Of a DNA stretch of 64,000 bases, positions 51,951 through 61,092 are shown piece after piece. A model generated the notes under the pieces. It ran no database searches. It was not told the DNA's origin and saw nothing but the letters and a program-made list of their open reading frames with translations. Made by a program: the position numbers and the translations under genes. Origin of the DNA: Bacillota bacterium (GTDB taxonomy: Bacteria > Bacillota > Halanaerobiia > B1SED10-174); NCBI GenBank assembly GCA_007122335.1, contig SKTZ01000029.1, positions 5,593-69,592 on the forward strand, given 5' to 3'. Position 1 is the first letter of the stretch, and the number at the start of each line of letters is the position of its first letter.

Positions 51951-53976
51951 ACTGACCATAGACGGAAAACAGATTACAGCCCCCAGAGGGAAGACCATAC
52001 TTGAAGTGGCCAAAGAAAATGGGATAGAAATCCCGACCATGTGTCACGATGATAGAATAAGCCAGACCACCTCCTGCTTTGTTTGTATTGTCCGGGAAGG
52101 GAAGAATGGAAACTGGATGCCCTCCTGCTCTGCAGAAGCCCAGGATGGGATGGAAGTTGATGCATCAAGTGATCTAGTTCGGGATATGCGGAAAACCGCC
52201 CTGGACCTGCTCCTTTCTGAGCATAGCGGAGATTGCGAGGCTCCCTGCACGATTTCCTGTCCCGCCCATGCCCGGGTTGAAGAATACGTGAGAGCAGGAC
52301 GGGACGGTGATTTGCGGAAAACACTGGAAATTGCCAAGGAGCGTATTCCCCTGCCCCTCTCAATTGGAAGGGTTTGTCCGCGGTTTTGTGAAAAGGACTG
52401 CCGGCGTAATGTGTTAGATAATGAAGGTGTTGCCATTAACGATTTCAAACGCATTTCGGCCGACCTTTATTATGATGAATATATGGAGGAACGGAAAGAA
52501 CTGACCGGACAAAAGGTTGCTATTATCGGTTCTGGCCCTGGCGGACTGGCAACTGCCTATTTCCTGAGGTTAGAAGGTGTGGCCTCTGATATTTACGAAA
52601 AATTACCTGAGGCCGGAGGTATGCTCCGTTACGGTATTCCAGAATACCGCTTGCCCAAGAAGGTTTTGGATAAAGAACTGGCTCATTTTGAAAAAATGGG
52701 TGGTATTAAAATATACTGTAATAACGAATTGGGCAAAGACATCCAGCTGGATAAACTCAAAAAAGAATATGATGCAGTTGTGGTAGCTGTTGGTTCCTGG
52801 AAGGCCAGCGGAATGAGAACTGAAGGGGAAGAGCTGGCCAGGGGAGGCATTGACTGGCTGGAAGAGCTGGCCCTTAATGGCTGGAAAGGTGAAGACCCTG
52901 GAGAAACCATAGTTGTAGGTGGTGGAAACACCGCCATGGACTGTGTACGCAGTGCGCTTCGCCTGACTGATGAACCTGTTCACTGTATGTACCGCCGGAC
53001 GGAAAAAGAAATGCCGGCCGAGCAAATTGAGATAGATGAAGCACGGGAGGAAGGTGCCCGGTTTAATTTCCTAACTCAGCCCATTAAACTTCGCAGAGAA
53101 AACGGGAAACTTGTTCTGGAATGCTTGCGGATGGAACTGGGTGAACCAGATGCTTCGGGAAGAAGGCGTCCCGTGCCCATTGAAGGCAGTGAATTTGAAG
53201 TTGCCGCAGATACTGTTATCGCTGCTATCGGACAGAAAACCCTTGCTCCAAAAGGGCTTCCAACTAACAAGTGGGGCGACGTAGATGTTGAAGAAGCTGA
53301 CTGCCGGGCAGAAGGTAATGTTTTTGCTGCAGGTGACTGTGTAAGTGGTCCAGCAACAGTTGTCGAAGCAGTTGCCGGTGGAAGAAGAACTGCCCTGGGA
53401 ATACTGGCCTACCTTAAAGGAGAAGAGTGCCAGCTTCCCCGTCAGATTAATGTCTCGCGCGGACACTGGCAGAGCATGTCCGAAGACGATCTGGTCTACC
53501 TTTTTGAACCCGATAAAAACAAAAGAGTCCCTCTGCGTTTGATACCCCTGGAAGAGAGAACTTCTACCTTTAAAGAAGTTAGTTATACCTTTACCGAAGA
53601 GGAAATTTTGGAAGAAGGAAAACGCTGTATTGAGTGTAGCTGTACTGCCAAAGGAGATTGTAAGCTTAAAGACTTCTCTGAAACCTATGGAGCCCATCCG
53701 GAAACATTTGGTGGAGAGAAAGGAAATAATACCTACAATTCCCGCCATCCCCACATAATAATGGATAACGGAAAATGTGTAAAATGTGGGATTTGTGTAA
53801 AAGTCTGCAGCGAGGTCGTTAACGAATATCTCCTGGGCTTTAAAAACCGGGGCTTTAAAACCAAGGTTGAAACTGCATTTGATACAACCCTTCCTGAATT
53901 CTGCACCGATTGCGGTGAATGTATTGAAGCCTGCCCGGTGGGAGCCCTGGATTGGAAAAAGAAAAAGGACGAATAA
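51937..53976 (+). CDS. GltD/NfnB-like FAD/NAD(P)H oxidoreductase with N-terminal 2Fe-2S/4Fe-4S (NuoG-like) and C-terminal ferredoxin domains (StnC-like)
   Basis: The N-terminal [33 protein letters not shown] is plant-type ferredoxin-like. The core has [43 protein letters not shown] and [16 protein letters not shown] (glutamate synthase small-chain family). The C-terminus has CxxCxxCxxxC motifs. GTG 51937 after AGGAGGGG. Confidence 0.8.
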   Translation: MSEIKLTIDGKQITAPRGKTILEVAKENGIEIPTMCHDDRISQTTSCFVCIVREGKNGNWMPSCSAEAQDGMEVDASSDLVRDMRKTALDLLLSEHSGDCEAPCTISCPAHARVEEYVRAGRDGDLRKTLEIAKERIPLPLSIGRVCPRFCEKDCRRNVLDNEGVAINDFKRISADLYYDEYMEERKELTGQKVAIIGSGPGGLATAYFLRLEGVASDIYEKLPEAGGMLRYGIPEYRLPKKVLDKELAHFEKMGGIKIYCNNELGKDIQLDKLKKEYDAVVVAVGSWKASGMRTEGEELARGGIDWLEELALNGWKGEDPGETIVVGGGNTAMDCVRSALRLTDEPVHCMYRRTEKEMPAEQIEIDEAREEGARFNFLTQPIKLRRENGKLVLECLRMELGEPDASGRRRPVPIEGSEFEVAADTVIAAIGQKTLAPKGLPTNKWGDVDVEEADCRAEGNVFAAGDCVSGPATVVEAVAGGRRTALGILAYLKGEECQLPRQINVSRGHWQSMSEDDLVYLFEPDKNKRVPLRLIPLEERTSTFKEVSYTFTEEEILEEGKRCIECSCTAKGDCKLKDFSETYGAHPETFGGEKGNNTYNSRHPHIIMDNGKCVKCGICVKVCSEVVNEYLLGFKNRGFKTKVETAFDTTLPEFCTDCGECIEACPVGALDWKKKKDE

Positions 53977-54014
53977 AAAAAATAACCGCCCGGGAAAACA
54001 AAGGAGGAATTTGC

Positions 54015-54863
54015 ATGTCAAAACTTATTGATGGAAAGCAGATTGCTAAAGAAATCAGGGTAGAATTAAAAAAAGAAGTAGATGCCTTAAAGGAAAAAAC
54101 AGGAAAAGTTCCTGGCCTGGCAGTGGTTCTGGTTGGGGAAGATCCTGCATCAGCAACTTACGTTCGGATGAAGGGAAAAGCCTGCGAAGAAGCAGGATTT
54201 TTGTCCCGCACCCACAGGCTGTCTGAAAACACCACGCAAAAAGAATTGCTGGATTTAGTTAAACAACTCAACGATGATGACGAGATCCATGGAATTCTGG
54301 TTCAATTGCCTCTGCCGGATGGTCTTGACGAACAGGAAGTTCTTTATACAATTGACCCGGAAAAAGACGTGGATGGTTTTCATCCCTTCAATGTTGGCCG
54401 CTTGATGACGGGAGATCCCAGTTTTGTGCCCTGCACTCCTCGTGGTGTAATTGAACTCCTCGACCGGTCGGGAGTTGAAATAAAGGGTAAGAGAGCTGTT
54501 GTAATCGGAAGGAGCAACATTGTTGGGAAACCGGTTGCCCTTTTACTGCTACAGAAGCATGCAACGGTAACCATCTGTCATTCTCGGACCCAGGACCTTC
54601 CCGGAGTAGTGCGGGAGGCAGATATTGTTGTTGCCGCGGTGGGAAGACCAGAAATGGTAAAAGGGGATTGGATTAAAGAAGGTGCAATAGTTATTGATGT
54701 AGGTGTCAACAGGGTTGGCGAGAAAAAACTGGTTGGAGACGTTGCATTTGATGAAGCAAAAGAAGTTGCCAGCCTGATAACTCCTGTCCCCGGTGGGGTT
54801 GGCCCAATGACAATCGCCATGTTATTACAGAACACCCTGGAATCTTTCAAAAACCATGGATAA
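54015..54863 (+). CDS. folD: Bifunctional 5,10-methylene-tetrahydrofolate dehydrogenase / methenyl-THF cyclohydrolase
   Basis: [12 protein letters not shown]...[21 protein letters not shown]...GILVQLPLP...GFHP.N.G...CTP.G...GRSNIVGKP...[14 protein letters not shown]. Confidence 0.95.
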   Translation: MSKLIDGKQIAKEIRVELKKEVDALKEKTGKVPGLAVVLVGEDPASATYVRMKGKACEEAGFLSRTHRLSENTTQKELLDLVKQLNDDDEIHGILVQLPLPDGLDEQEVLYTIDPEKDVDGFHPFNVGRLMTGDPSFVPCTPRGVIELLDRSGVEIKGKRAVVIGRSNIVGKPVALLLLQKHATVTICHSRTQDLPGVVREADIVVAAVGRPEMVKGDWIKEGAIVIDVGVNRVGEKKLVGDVAFDEAKEVASLITPVPGGVGPMTIAMLLQNTLESFKNHG

Positions 54864-56103
54864 AACAGTCCTTACCGTTAGCGAACTCACCAGCTACCTG
54901 CAGGGTGTTTTGCGACGGGAAGAACTGTTAAGTGACCTCTGGGTGGCTGGTGAAATATCTAATTTTCACCAGCACCATTCGGGCCACTGCTACTTTACCC
55001 TCAAGGACAAGGAATCCAGGCTGCGGGCCGTTTTTTTCAAAAGCCACGCTGAAAAGATCAAGTTTAAAATGGAAAATGGACTGGATGTAATGGCCCGCGG
55101 TTATATTGATATTTACAAACAACGCGGAGAATATCAGCTGTATGTTCAGGAAATGGAGCCCGCCGGAATTGGGGCCCTGCACCTGGCTTTTGAACAGCTT
55201 AAAAAGAAATTGGAGGGAGAAGGGCTTTTTGCGGAAGAGCATAAAAAGCCCCTTCCTCCTTTTCCGCAAAAAGTAGGAGTGGTTAGTTCAGCTTCAGGGG
55301 CCGCGATAAAGGATATCCTTGCTGTTTTCCAGAGGCGTTCTGCAGGTACCTCGTTGCTTCTCGCTCCTGCCCGGGTCCAGGGGGAAGGCGCAGGAGAAGA
55401 GATTGCTGATGCTTTGGATAAACTTTCCCGGACCGATGTCGACGTGATAATTGTAACCAGGGGAGGCGGCTCATTGGAAGAACTCTGGGCTTTTAACGAG
55501 GAAGTTGTTGCTCGGGCCATTTTTTCCTGCCAAATCCCCGTTATCTCTGCTGTGGGACACGAGAGGGATTTTACCATTGCTGACTTTGTTGCAGACAGCA
55601 GGGCTCCAACCCCATCTGCAGCAGCGGAAATGGTTGTTCCCGACCACCGTCAGCTCAAAAAAGATATCCTGGAATACAAGCGGAGACTGGAAAAAGGACT
55701 CATCTCTCTTCTGGATAAAAGGAAGCAGGAACTGGAGAGATTGATGCAAAAAAGGATTTTCGTGCACCCTAAAGAAGAATTAATTGAAAGGCGCCGTCAG
55801 CTGCTTGATGAACTGGAAAACAAGATGGTGACCAAGGTCAAGCATGAACAGCAGATGGAAAGGGAAAGATTGCAAACCCGGGTTGCGCGGCTGGAAGGTT
55901 TAAGCCCGCTAAAAATTCTCGGCCTGGGATACAGCATTTGTACAGACCTTTCCGGGGAAAAAGTTTATAAAGATTTCCGACAGTTAGAGACCGATGAACA
56001 AATCAGGATAATTCTTTCCCGGGGAGAAGCAGAAGCCCGGGTAATTTCCACTCATGATAAGGCAAAAAAGGAGGATGGAAATGGGGGCCAGGCAAAAGGA
56101 TAA
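54856..56103 (+). CDS. xseA: Exodeoxyribonuclease VII large subunit
   Basis: [14 protein letters not shown]....[34 protein letters not shown] and [26 protein letters not shown]. Confidence 0.95.
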   Translation: MDKTVLTVSELTSYLQGVLRREELLSDLWVAGEISNFHQHHSGHCYFTLKDKESRLRAVFFKSHAEKIKFKMENGLDVMARGYIDIYKQRGEYQLYVQEMEPAGIGALHLAFEQLKKKLEGEGLFAEEHKKPLPPFPQKVGVVSSASGAAIKDILAVFQRRSAGTSLLLAPARVQGEGAGEEIADALDKLSRTDVDVIIVTRGGGSLEELWAFNEEVVARAIFSCQIPVISAVGHERDFTIADFVADSRAPTPSAAAEMVVPDHRQLKKDILEYKRRLEKGLISLLDKRKQELERLMQKRIFVHPKEELIERRRQLLDELENKMVTKVKHEQQMERERLQTRVARLEGLSPLKILGLGYSICTDLSGEKVYKDFRQLETDEQIRIILSRGEAEARVISTHDKAKKEDGNGGQAKG

Positions 56104-56395
56104 GTTGAGTTTTGAGGAGGCACTCCAGAAACTGGAGCAAATAGTTGAGAAACTGGAAAGCGGCGATTTAAAGCTGGATGAATCCCTTGAATTGTTTGAA
56201 GAAGGTGTTCGTCTTTCCCGGCTCTGCCAGAAAAAACTGGAAGAGGCCCAGGGCAAAATAGAAAAACTGGTCACCGAGAAAGATGGTGAGATCGAAACAG
56301 AACCTTTTGCTTCCCCGGAAAAAGATGAAGAAGATCAAAACGGAACTGGAAAGGATTCAAAAAATAGTAGAAACTTATTTGCCCAGGATAACTGA
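56081..56395 (+). CDS. xseB: Exodeoxyribonuclease VII small subunit (with acidic C-terminal tail)
   Basis: LSFEEALQKLEQIVEKLESGDLKLDESLELFEEGVRLSRLCQKKLEEAQGKIE. ATG 56081 lies 6 nt after GGAGG. The 3' 70 nt overlap the predicted ispA start. Confidence 0.85.
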   Translation: MGARQKDKLSFEEALQKLEQIVEKLESGDLKLDESLELFEEGVRLSRLCQKKLEEAQGKIEKLVTEKDGEIETEPFASPEKDEEDQNGTGKDSKNSRNLFAQDN

Positions 56396-57209
56396 AGAAA
56401 GGGCGATTCCCGAGAAATTTTCTGAAGCAATAGGCTATGCTCTATCGGGAAAAGGAAAACGGATCCGGCCCTTTCTTTTCCTTCAGGCATTTGGGATCTA
56501 TTCTTCTCATGAAGAAAAAGCGGTGCCTTTTGCCTGTGGAATTGAAGCAATTCATACTTATTCTCTGGTGCACGATGACCTTCCAGTTATGGATGATGAC
56601 GATTTCCGCAGGGGCAGGCTTACTACTCACCGGGTTTATGGCGAAGCCAATGCCTTGCTGGTTGGAGACGCGCTGCTTTCCCTTGCTTTTGAACTGATGA
56701 ATTCAAACGCCATTGATTTTCCCCCCGAAACCGTCCAGATGGCCATAGACAGAGTTTTAAAAGCTTCAGGCCCAGAAGGGATGGTCGGGGGCCAGTACCT
56801 TGATTTAAAAGGCGAAGGTAGAAAGCTTAACTTCAAACAATTGGAGGAGATCCACCGGAAAAAGACAGGTGCTTTAATCACAGCTTCGGTGGTTAGCGGA
56901 GGAATTTTAGGTGGTGCTCCTGAAGAGGAATTAAAAGCCCTGGAAGATTATGGGCAGGAACTGGGTTTATTATTTCAGATTACTGACGATTTACTGGATG
57001 TAGTTGGAGACCCTGATAAAACTGGAAAAGCCGGGCAAAAAGATGCAGCTTTAGGTAAATCAACCTATCCTTCGCTTCTCGGCATTGATGGAGCAAAGAA
57101 GAAAGCAGAGGAAAAACGCCTGAGAGCGCAAAAAGCTGCTGTTAAACTGGGAAAAAAAGGGAGGCTTTTCATTGAACTGGCTGATTTTGTTTTTTCCCGG
57201 GATAGGTGA
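56325..57209 (+). CDS. ispA: Farnesyl/geranylgeranyl diphosphate synthase (polyprenyl synthetase)
   Basis: GGKRIRP-like GKGKRIRPFL, FARM LVHDDLPVMDDDDFRRG and SARM FQITDDLLD. Start is 56325 (294 aa) or 56283. Confidence 0.9.
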   Translation: MKKIKTELERIQKIVETYLPRITEERAIPEKFSEAIGYALSGKGKRIRPFLFLQAFGIYSSHEEKAVPFACGIEAIHTYSLVHDDLPVMDDDDFRRGRLTTHRVYGEANALLVGDALLSLAFELMNSNAIDFPPETVQMAIDRVLKASGPEGMVGGQYLDLKGEGRKLNFKQLEEIHRKKTGALITASVVSGGILGGAPEEELKALEDYGQELGLLFQITDDLLDVVGDPDKTGKAGQKDAALGKSTYPSLLGIDGAKKKAEEKRLRAQKAAVKLGKKGRLFIELADFVFSRDR

Positions 57210-57212
57210 TAA

Positions 57213-57241
57213 TTGCTAGTAATAAGTGGTTATGTTATAAT
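57213..57241 (+). promoter_or_regulatory. Sigma-A promoter immediately upstream of OLE RNA
   Basis: TTGCTA, 17-nt spacer, TATAAT. The -10 ends 6 nt before the first nucleotide of the long-range closing helix. Confidence 0.55.
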
Positions 57242-57246
57242 TAATT

Positions 57247-57825
57247 GCGCATCGGCGGTGCAGTATCCTAGTCAGCTTTGTACTCTTGAAGGCGGGCCTA
57301 AAAATCCGTCAAAGGGCACATCGATGAAGTTCCTGGTTGTGGCTACTGACGCCCAGTCGGGGGTCATAGCTGGGAGTTAAGGATTTCGGGGCGATCCACA
57401 ATGGCATGTGGGCGTGGACCCTGATTCCGCGGAGGCCCGGATACAAGTCGGGAGCTAGTGTCCGGGGAACCTGCAGAAACCGCAAGGTAGCTGCAGTGTA
57501 GCCTGCTTTGAGTGGTAAGGGGAGAGGAGGGTATTAAGTCCTGCTTCCCAGGGGCCCTAGGAAGTAGTTCCTTTACCTCTGAAACCCTTACTGCAAAAGA
57601 AGCTAGGGAGTAATTAAGGCTGTCAAGGAAAACTTCTAGGCTGTCCCACTGTGGGGATAGACCGGGGATTGAAGTGTGGTCTGAGTGGTAATCCAGCCCT
57701 GCATATGGTGACATTGCAGAGTGATTTAAAGGGAAACCGCCAAAAGGGCAACCTTTTGGAGATCACTGGGAAAGCCTGCTGGACCTAAGCCGCAGCATTT
57801 ATCCGGTCTATTACCGCCGATGCGC
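57247..57825 (+). ncRNA. ole: OLE (ornate, large, extremophilic) RNA
   Basis: A gene-free segment of about 580 nt lies in the ispA-[OLE]-oapA-dxs context described for OLE RNA. A perfect 12-bp terminal helix joins GCGCATCGGCGG (57247-58) and CCGCCGATGCGC (57814-25). There is an 8-bp hairpin with a GNRA loop, CCAAAAGG-GCAA-CCTTTTGG (57740-59), and multiple further G/C-rich helices. No credible ORF is present. Confidence 0.8.
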
Positions 57826-57838
57826 CTGGAATTATTTT

Positions 57839-58408
57839 TTGGGGGGAAAAATATTGAACAAGAATCTCCAGACGGGAATTACAATGGGGGTATCAACTTT
57901 TTTTATTGCCATCCTCGTGGTGGCTTTATCCCGTTTGGCGGTAGCCAACCTGACCGCTTTTCTGGCAACAGTTGTTTTTCTCCTGATTATAACCATTGGT
58001 GTTCTGTTTGATATGATTGGGGTCGCGGCAGCCGCGGCCGATGTTGCTCCATTTAATGCCCGGGCGGCCCGGAAAGATTTTGGAGCCAGGACAGGCCTGC
58101 AACTGGTTCAAAACGCAGATAGAGTAGCAACCTTTTGCAGCGATATTGTTGGTGATATTTGCGGAATTGTAAGTGGTGCGCTGGGTGCAATGATCGTAGT
58201 TCGCCTGGCCTTCGCAGTTGATTTTAGTGAAGCTGTTCTAAACATAACAATTGTTGCCCTGGCAGCTGCTTTAACAGTTGGCGGGAAAGGTTTTTGTAAG
58301 GGGATTGGGATAAACAGGGCCAACGAAATTATTGGTTTTGTGGGTAATTTAATTGCACTTGTCCAGGGCTTTAACCCCGGAAAAAGAAAAGGAGGGCGCA
58401 GTAAATGA
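57839..58408 (+). CDS. oapA: OLE-associated protein A (small polytopic membrane protein)
   Basis: Four hydrophobic helices (FFIAILVVAL, AFLATVVFLLIITIGVLFDMIGVAAAAA, ICGIVSGALGAMIVV, ITIVALAAALTVGG). Its position immediately 3' of OLE and 5' of dxs is as in described ole loci. Start uncertain (TTG 57839, TTG 57854 or ATG 57884). Confidence 0.7.
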   Translation: MGGKILNKNLQTGITMGVSTFFIAILVVALSRLAVANLTAFLATVVFLLIITIGVLFDMIGVAAAAADVAPFNARAARKDFGARTGLQLVQNADRVATFCSDIVGDICGIVSGALGAMIVVRLAFAVDFSEAVLNITIVALAAALTVGGKGFCKGIGINRANEIIGFVGNLIALVQGFNPGKRKGGRSK

Positions 58409-60357
58409 TCCAGCTGGATGATATAAAAGGGCCTGAAATATTGCGGGAATGCGGCCCCGATGATCTGAAAAACATTTCTGATCAAATCCGCGAACGAATT
58501 ATTGATGTTGTATCCAAAAATGGAGGACATCTGGCTTCCAATCTGGGGGTTGTTGAATTGACTGTGGCCCTTCATTCAATTTTCTCGAGCCCTCGGGATA
58601 AAATTGTCTGGGATGTGGGGCATCAGTGCTATGCCCATAAATTGGTGACAGGCAGACAAAAAGAATTTGAAACCCTTCGTAAGTACAGGGGAATGAGTGG
58701 TTTCCCCAAAAGAAATGAAAGCCACCACGATATTGTAGAAACAGGGCACAGCAGTACTTCTCTTTCTGCAGCAATGGGCTTAGCAATGGCCCGGGAACAA
58801 AAAGGCGAAAACCACGAAATAATTGCAGTGATAGGAGACGGGGCTCTATCCGGAGGGATGGCTCTGGAAGCTCTTAATCACATTGGACACCTGAATAAAA
58901 AAATAATAGTTGTTTTAAACGATAATGAAATGTCCATTTCCAAAAACGTGGGAGCTCTGGCCAATTACCTGTCAAGAATCCGCACTGAACCGGTTTATCA
59001 AAAACTGAGAAGTGATGCAGAATTTTTAATGAAGAGGATTCCCGCTATTGGCGGACGGATGGCATTTGCCGCAGATCGGATCAAAGATAGCTTAAAGTAC
59101 CTTGTTCTTCCCGGTGTTTTTTTTGAGGAACTTGGATTTACCTACCTCGGCCCTGTTTCGGGGCATGATATTTCCGCCCTTCGCCAGTATTTCCAGCGTA
59201 GCAAGAGACTGGATGGCCCTCTTTTGATCCATGCCATTACGGAAAAAGGAAAGGGTTATCACCCGGCAGAAAAGAGCCCTTCCCGTTTCCATGGAACAGG
59301 ACCTTTTATCCTAGAAAATGGAGAAGGAAAGGTTCGTTCCAGCGGAAAAAGCTTTACCAGTTGTTTCAGCGATATAATTTGTGAAATGGCGGAAAAAGAT
59401 GAAAAGATAGTCGCTATCACTGCTGCGATGCCCGATGGAACTGGACTTGATAAATTTTCCCAAAAATTTCCCGATCGCTTTTTTGATGTTGGTATTGCTG
59501 AACAACACGGGGTTACCCTTGCAGCTGGAATGGCCCGTGGTGGCTTGAAACCTGTAGTTGCAATATACTCAACTTTTTTACAGCGTGCCTATGATCAAAT
59601 TATCCACGATGTATGCCTGCCCAATCTCCCGGTAATTTTTGCCGTTGATCGGGCCGGCTTGGTCGGCGAGGATGGAGAAACCCACCATGGCGTTTTTGAC
59701 CTTTCTTTTCTTCGCCATATACCCAATATGAATGTTCTGGCTCCCCGAGATCAGGTGGAACTGGAAAAGATGTTCACTTGGGCCCAGAGCTGTGAAGGAC
59801 CGGTGGCAATTCGCTATCCCAGAGGAAGTGTTCCCCAACCTCCCTTTAAGAGTGATCAACCCATCAACAGGGGGAAAGGAGAAATGCTCCGCAGGGGCAA
59901 GGATATCCTGCTTTTAGGTAGTGGGAGCATGGCCTGGGATGGGTACAAGGTTGCAGAAATACTGGAGAGCAAGGGATATTCAGTAGGTGTTGCTGACTTG
60001 AGGTTTATTAAACCCCTCGATGAAAAAAATATCTCCAGGTGGATAGAAAATGTTTCAATTGTTGTTACCTTGGAAGAAAATTATGTTGCGGGGGGAATGG
60101 GTTCAGCTATTCTTGAGTTTATGGCCAGGGAAAAGATTGAAAAACCTGTTTTAAATATTGGTCTTCCCGATCGGTTCATTACCCATGGAAATATTGGTGA
60201 ATTATTGCGGGAAAATGGACTTGATATTGATAATATGGTGGATAGAATTGAGGATTTTTGGATTTCCTGCTCCAAAAACCAGAAAAGGGATTCAGATTAT
60301 GGAGAAAAGATTGGACCTTTTGCTCGTAGAACTAGGGCTTTTTTCTTCAAGAAATAA
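58405..60357 (+). CDS. dxs: 1-deoxy-D-xylulose-5-phosphate synthase
   Basis: GGHLASNLGVVELTVALH, WDVGHQCYAHK, GDGALSGGMALEALN, IAEQHGVT and DGETHHG. ATGA overlap with oapA. Confidence 0.95.
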   Translation: MIQLDDIKGPEILRECGPDDLKNISDQIRERIIDVVSKNGGHLASNLGVVELTVALHSIFSSPRDKIVWDVGHQCYAHKLVTGRQKEFETLRKYRGMSGFPKRNESHHDIVETGHSSTSLSAAMGLAMAREQKGENHEIIAVIGDGALSGGMALEALNHIGHLNKKIIVVLNDNEMSISKNVGALANYLSRIRTEPVYQKLRSDAEFLMKRIPAIGGRMAFAADRIKDSLKYLVLPGVFFEELGFTYLGPVSGHDISALRQYFQRSKRLDGPLLIHAITEKGKGYHPAEKSPSRFHGTGPFILENGEGKVRSSGKSFTSCFSDIICEMAEKDEKIVAITAAMPDGTGLDKFSQKFPDRFFDVGIAEQHGVTLAAGMARGGLKPVVAIYSTFLQRAYDQIIHDVCLPNLPVIFAVDRAGLVGEDGETHHGVFDLSFLRHIPNMNVLAPRDQVELEKMFTWAQSCEGPVAIRYPRGSVPQPPFKSDQPINRGKGEMLRRGKDILLLGSGSMAWDGYKVAEILESKGYSVGVADLRFIKPLDEKNISRWIENVSIVVTLEENYVAGGMGSAILEFMAREKIEKPVLNIGLPDRFITHGNIGELLRENGLDIDNMVDRIEDFWISCSKNQKRDSDYGEKIGPFARRTRAFFFKK

Positions 60358-61081
60358 GGCGCAAACTGCAATCCGTAAAGGAGAAGTAACGGTAGAAGGT
60401 GAATTAATTAAAACGCCTTCAACAAAGTTTAAACCGGATGCTCGGATAAATGTAGCCCCTCAGGATCCTTACCCCGGTCGAGGGGGAATTAAGCTTGCCC
60501 TTGCTCTGGAACAGTTGAATTTTGACCCCAATGATATGATTGTTCTTGATGGGGGAGCGTCTACCGGGGGTTTTACCTCCTGTCTTTTACAGCGGGGAGC
60601 ACGCAAGGTATATGCAGTAGATGTTGGGAAAAACCAGCTGGACTCCCAGCTAAGAGTGGATCCCAGAGTCATTGTTGTAGAAAACTATAACCTCCGGTAT
60701 TTTTCTCCGGATTTAGTTAAAGAAAAATTGGACTTAATTGTCCTGGATCTATCCTTTATTTCGGCCACCAAGGTTATTCCCGTTCTTGAAAAAGCTTTAA
60801 AAGATGGCGGTTTTTTCCTGACTCTGGTCAAACCCCAGTTTGAGGTAGGACCGGGAAAAATTGGGAAAAAAGGACTGGTCCGCAACGAAACAGACCAGTT
60901 AAATGCAGTAACGAAAGTGGTTGATTCCAAAAAGGCAAATAAGTTAGGTTTTGTTGGGCTGGTGCCTGCTTCTCCAAAAGGAGTCAGTGGAAATCAGGAA
61001 TTTTTCCTCCTGTCGCAAAAAGGTGGAGAAAGAATTTTTTCAAACCAGGACTGGCTTGATTGCAGGGCAAGAATTAAATAG
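60299..61081 (+). CDS. tlyA: TlyA-family rRNA (cytidine-2'-O)-methyltransferase
   Basis: The S4-like N-terminal region is RLDLLLVELGLFSSRNKAQTAIRKGEVTVEG. The FtsJ-like core contains VLDGGASTGGFTSCLLQRGA..VYAVDVG and DLSFIS. Overlaps the dxs 3' end by 59 nt. Confidence 0.9.
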   Translation: MEKRLDLLLVELGLFSSRNKAQTAIRKGEVTVEGELIKTPSTKFKPDARINVAPQDPYPGRGGIKLALALEQLNFDPNDMIVLDGGASTGGFTSCLLQRGARKVYAVDVGKNQLDSQLRVDPRVIVVENYNLRYFSPDLVKEKLDLIVLDLSFISATKVIPVLEKALKDGGFFLTLVKPQFEVGPGKIGKKGLVRNETDQLNAVTKVVDSKKANKLGFVGLVPASPKGVSGNQEFFLLSQKGGERIFSNQDWLDCRARIK

Positions 61082-61092
61082 AGGTGTTAGCC

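Noticed and set aside
53071-54021. A 316-aa minus-strand ORF antisense to the GltD-like gene. Similar cases are 51417..52040 (207 aa), 50850..51362 (170 aa) and 52603..53025 (140 aa).
   Set aside because: They lie entirely inside strongly supported plus-strand genes with clear family motifs. Their translations are low-complexity (Phe/Ser/Gly-rich) with no recognisable domains. These are shadow ORFs.
57364-58011. Track ORFs 57364..57714 (minus strand, 116 aa) and 57820..58011 (plus strand, 63 aa) inside or abutting the ispA-oapA gap.
   Set aside because: They have no RBS and odd Pro/Ser/Gly/Leu-rich composition. They lie within a region with extensive base-pairing potential that fits OLE RNA. 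The second overlaps the oapA frame out of phase.
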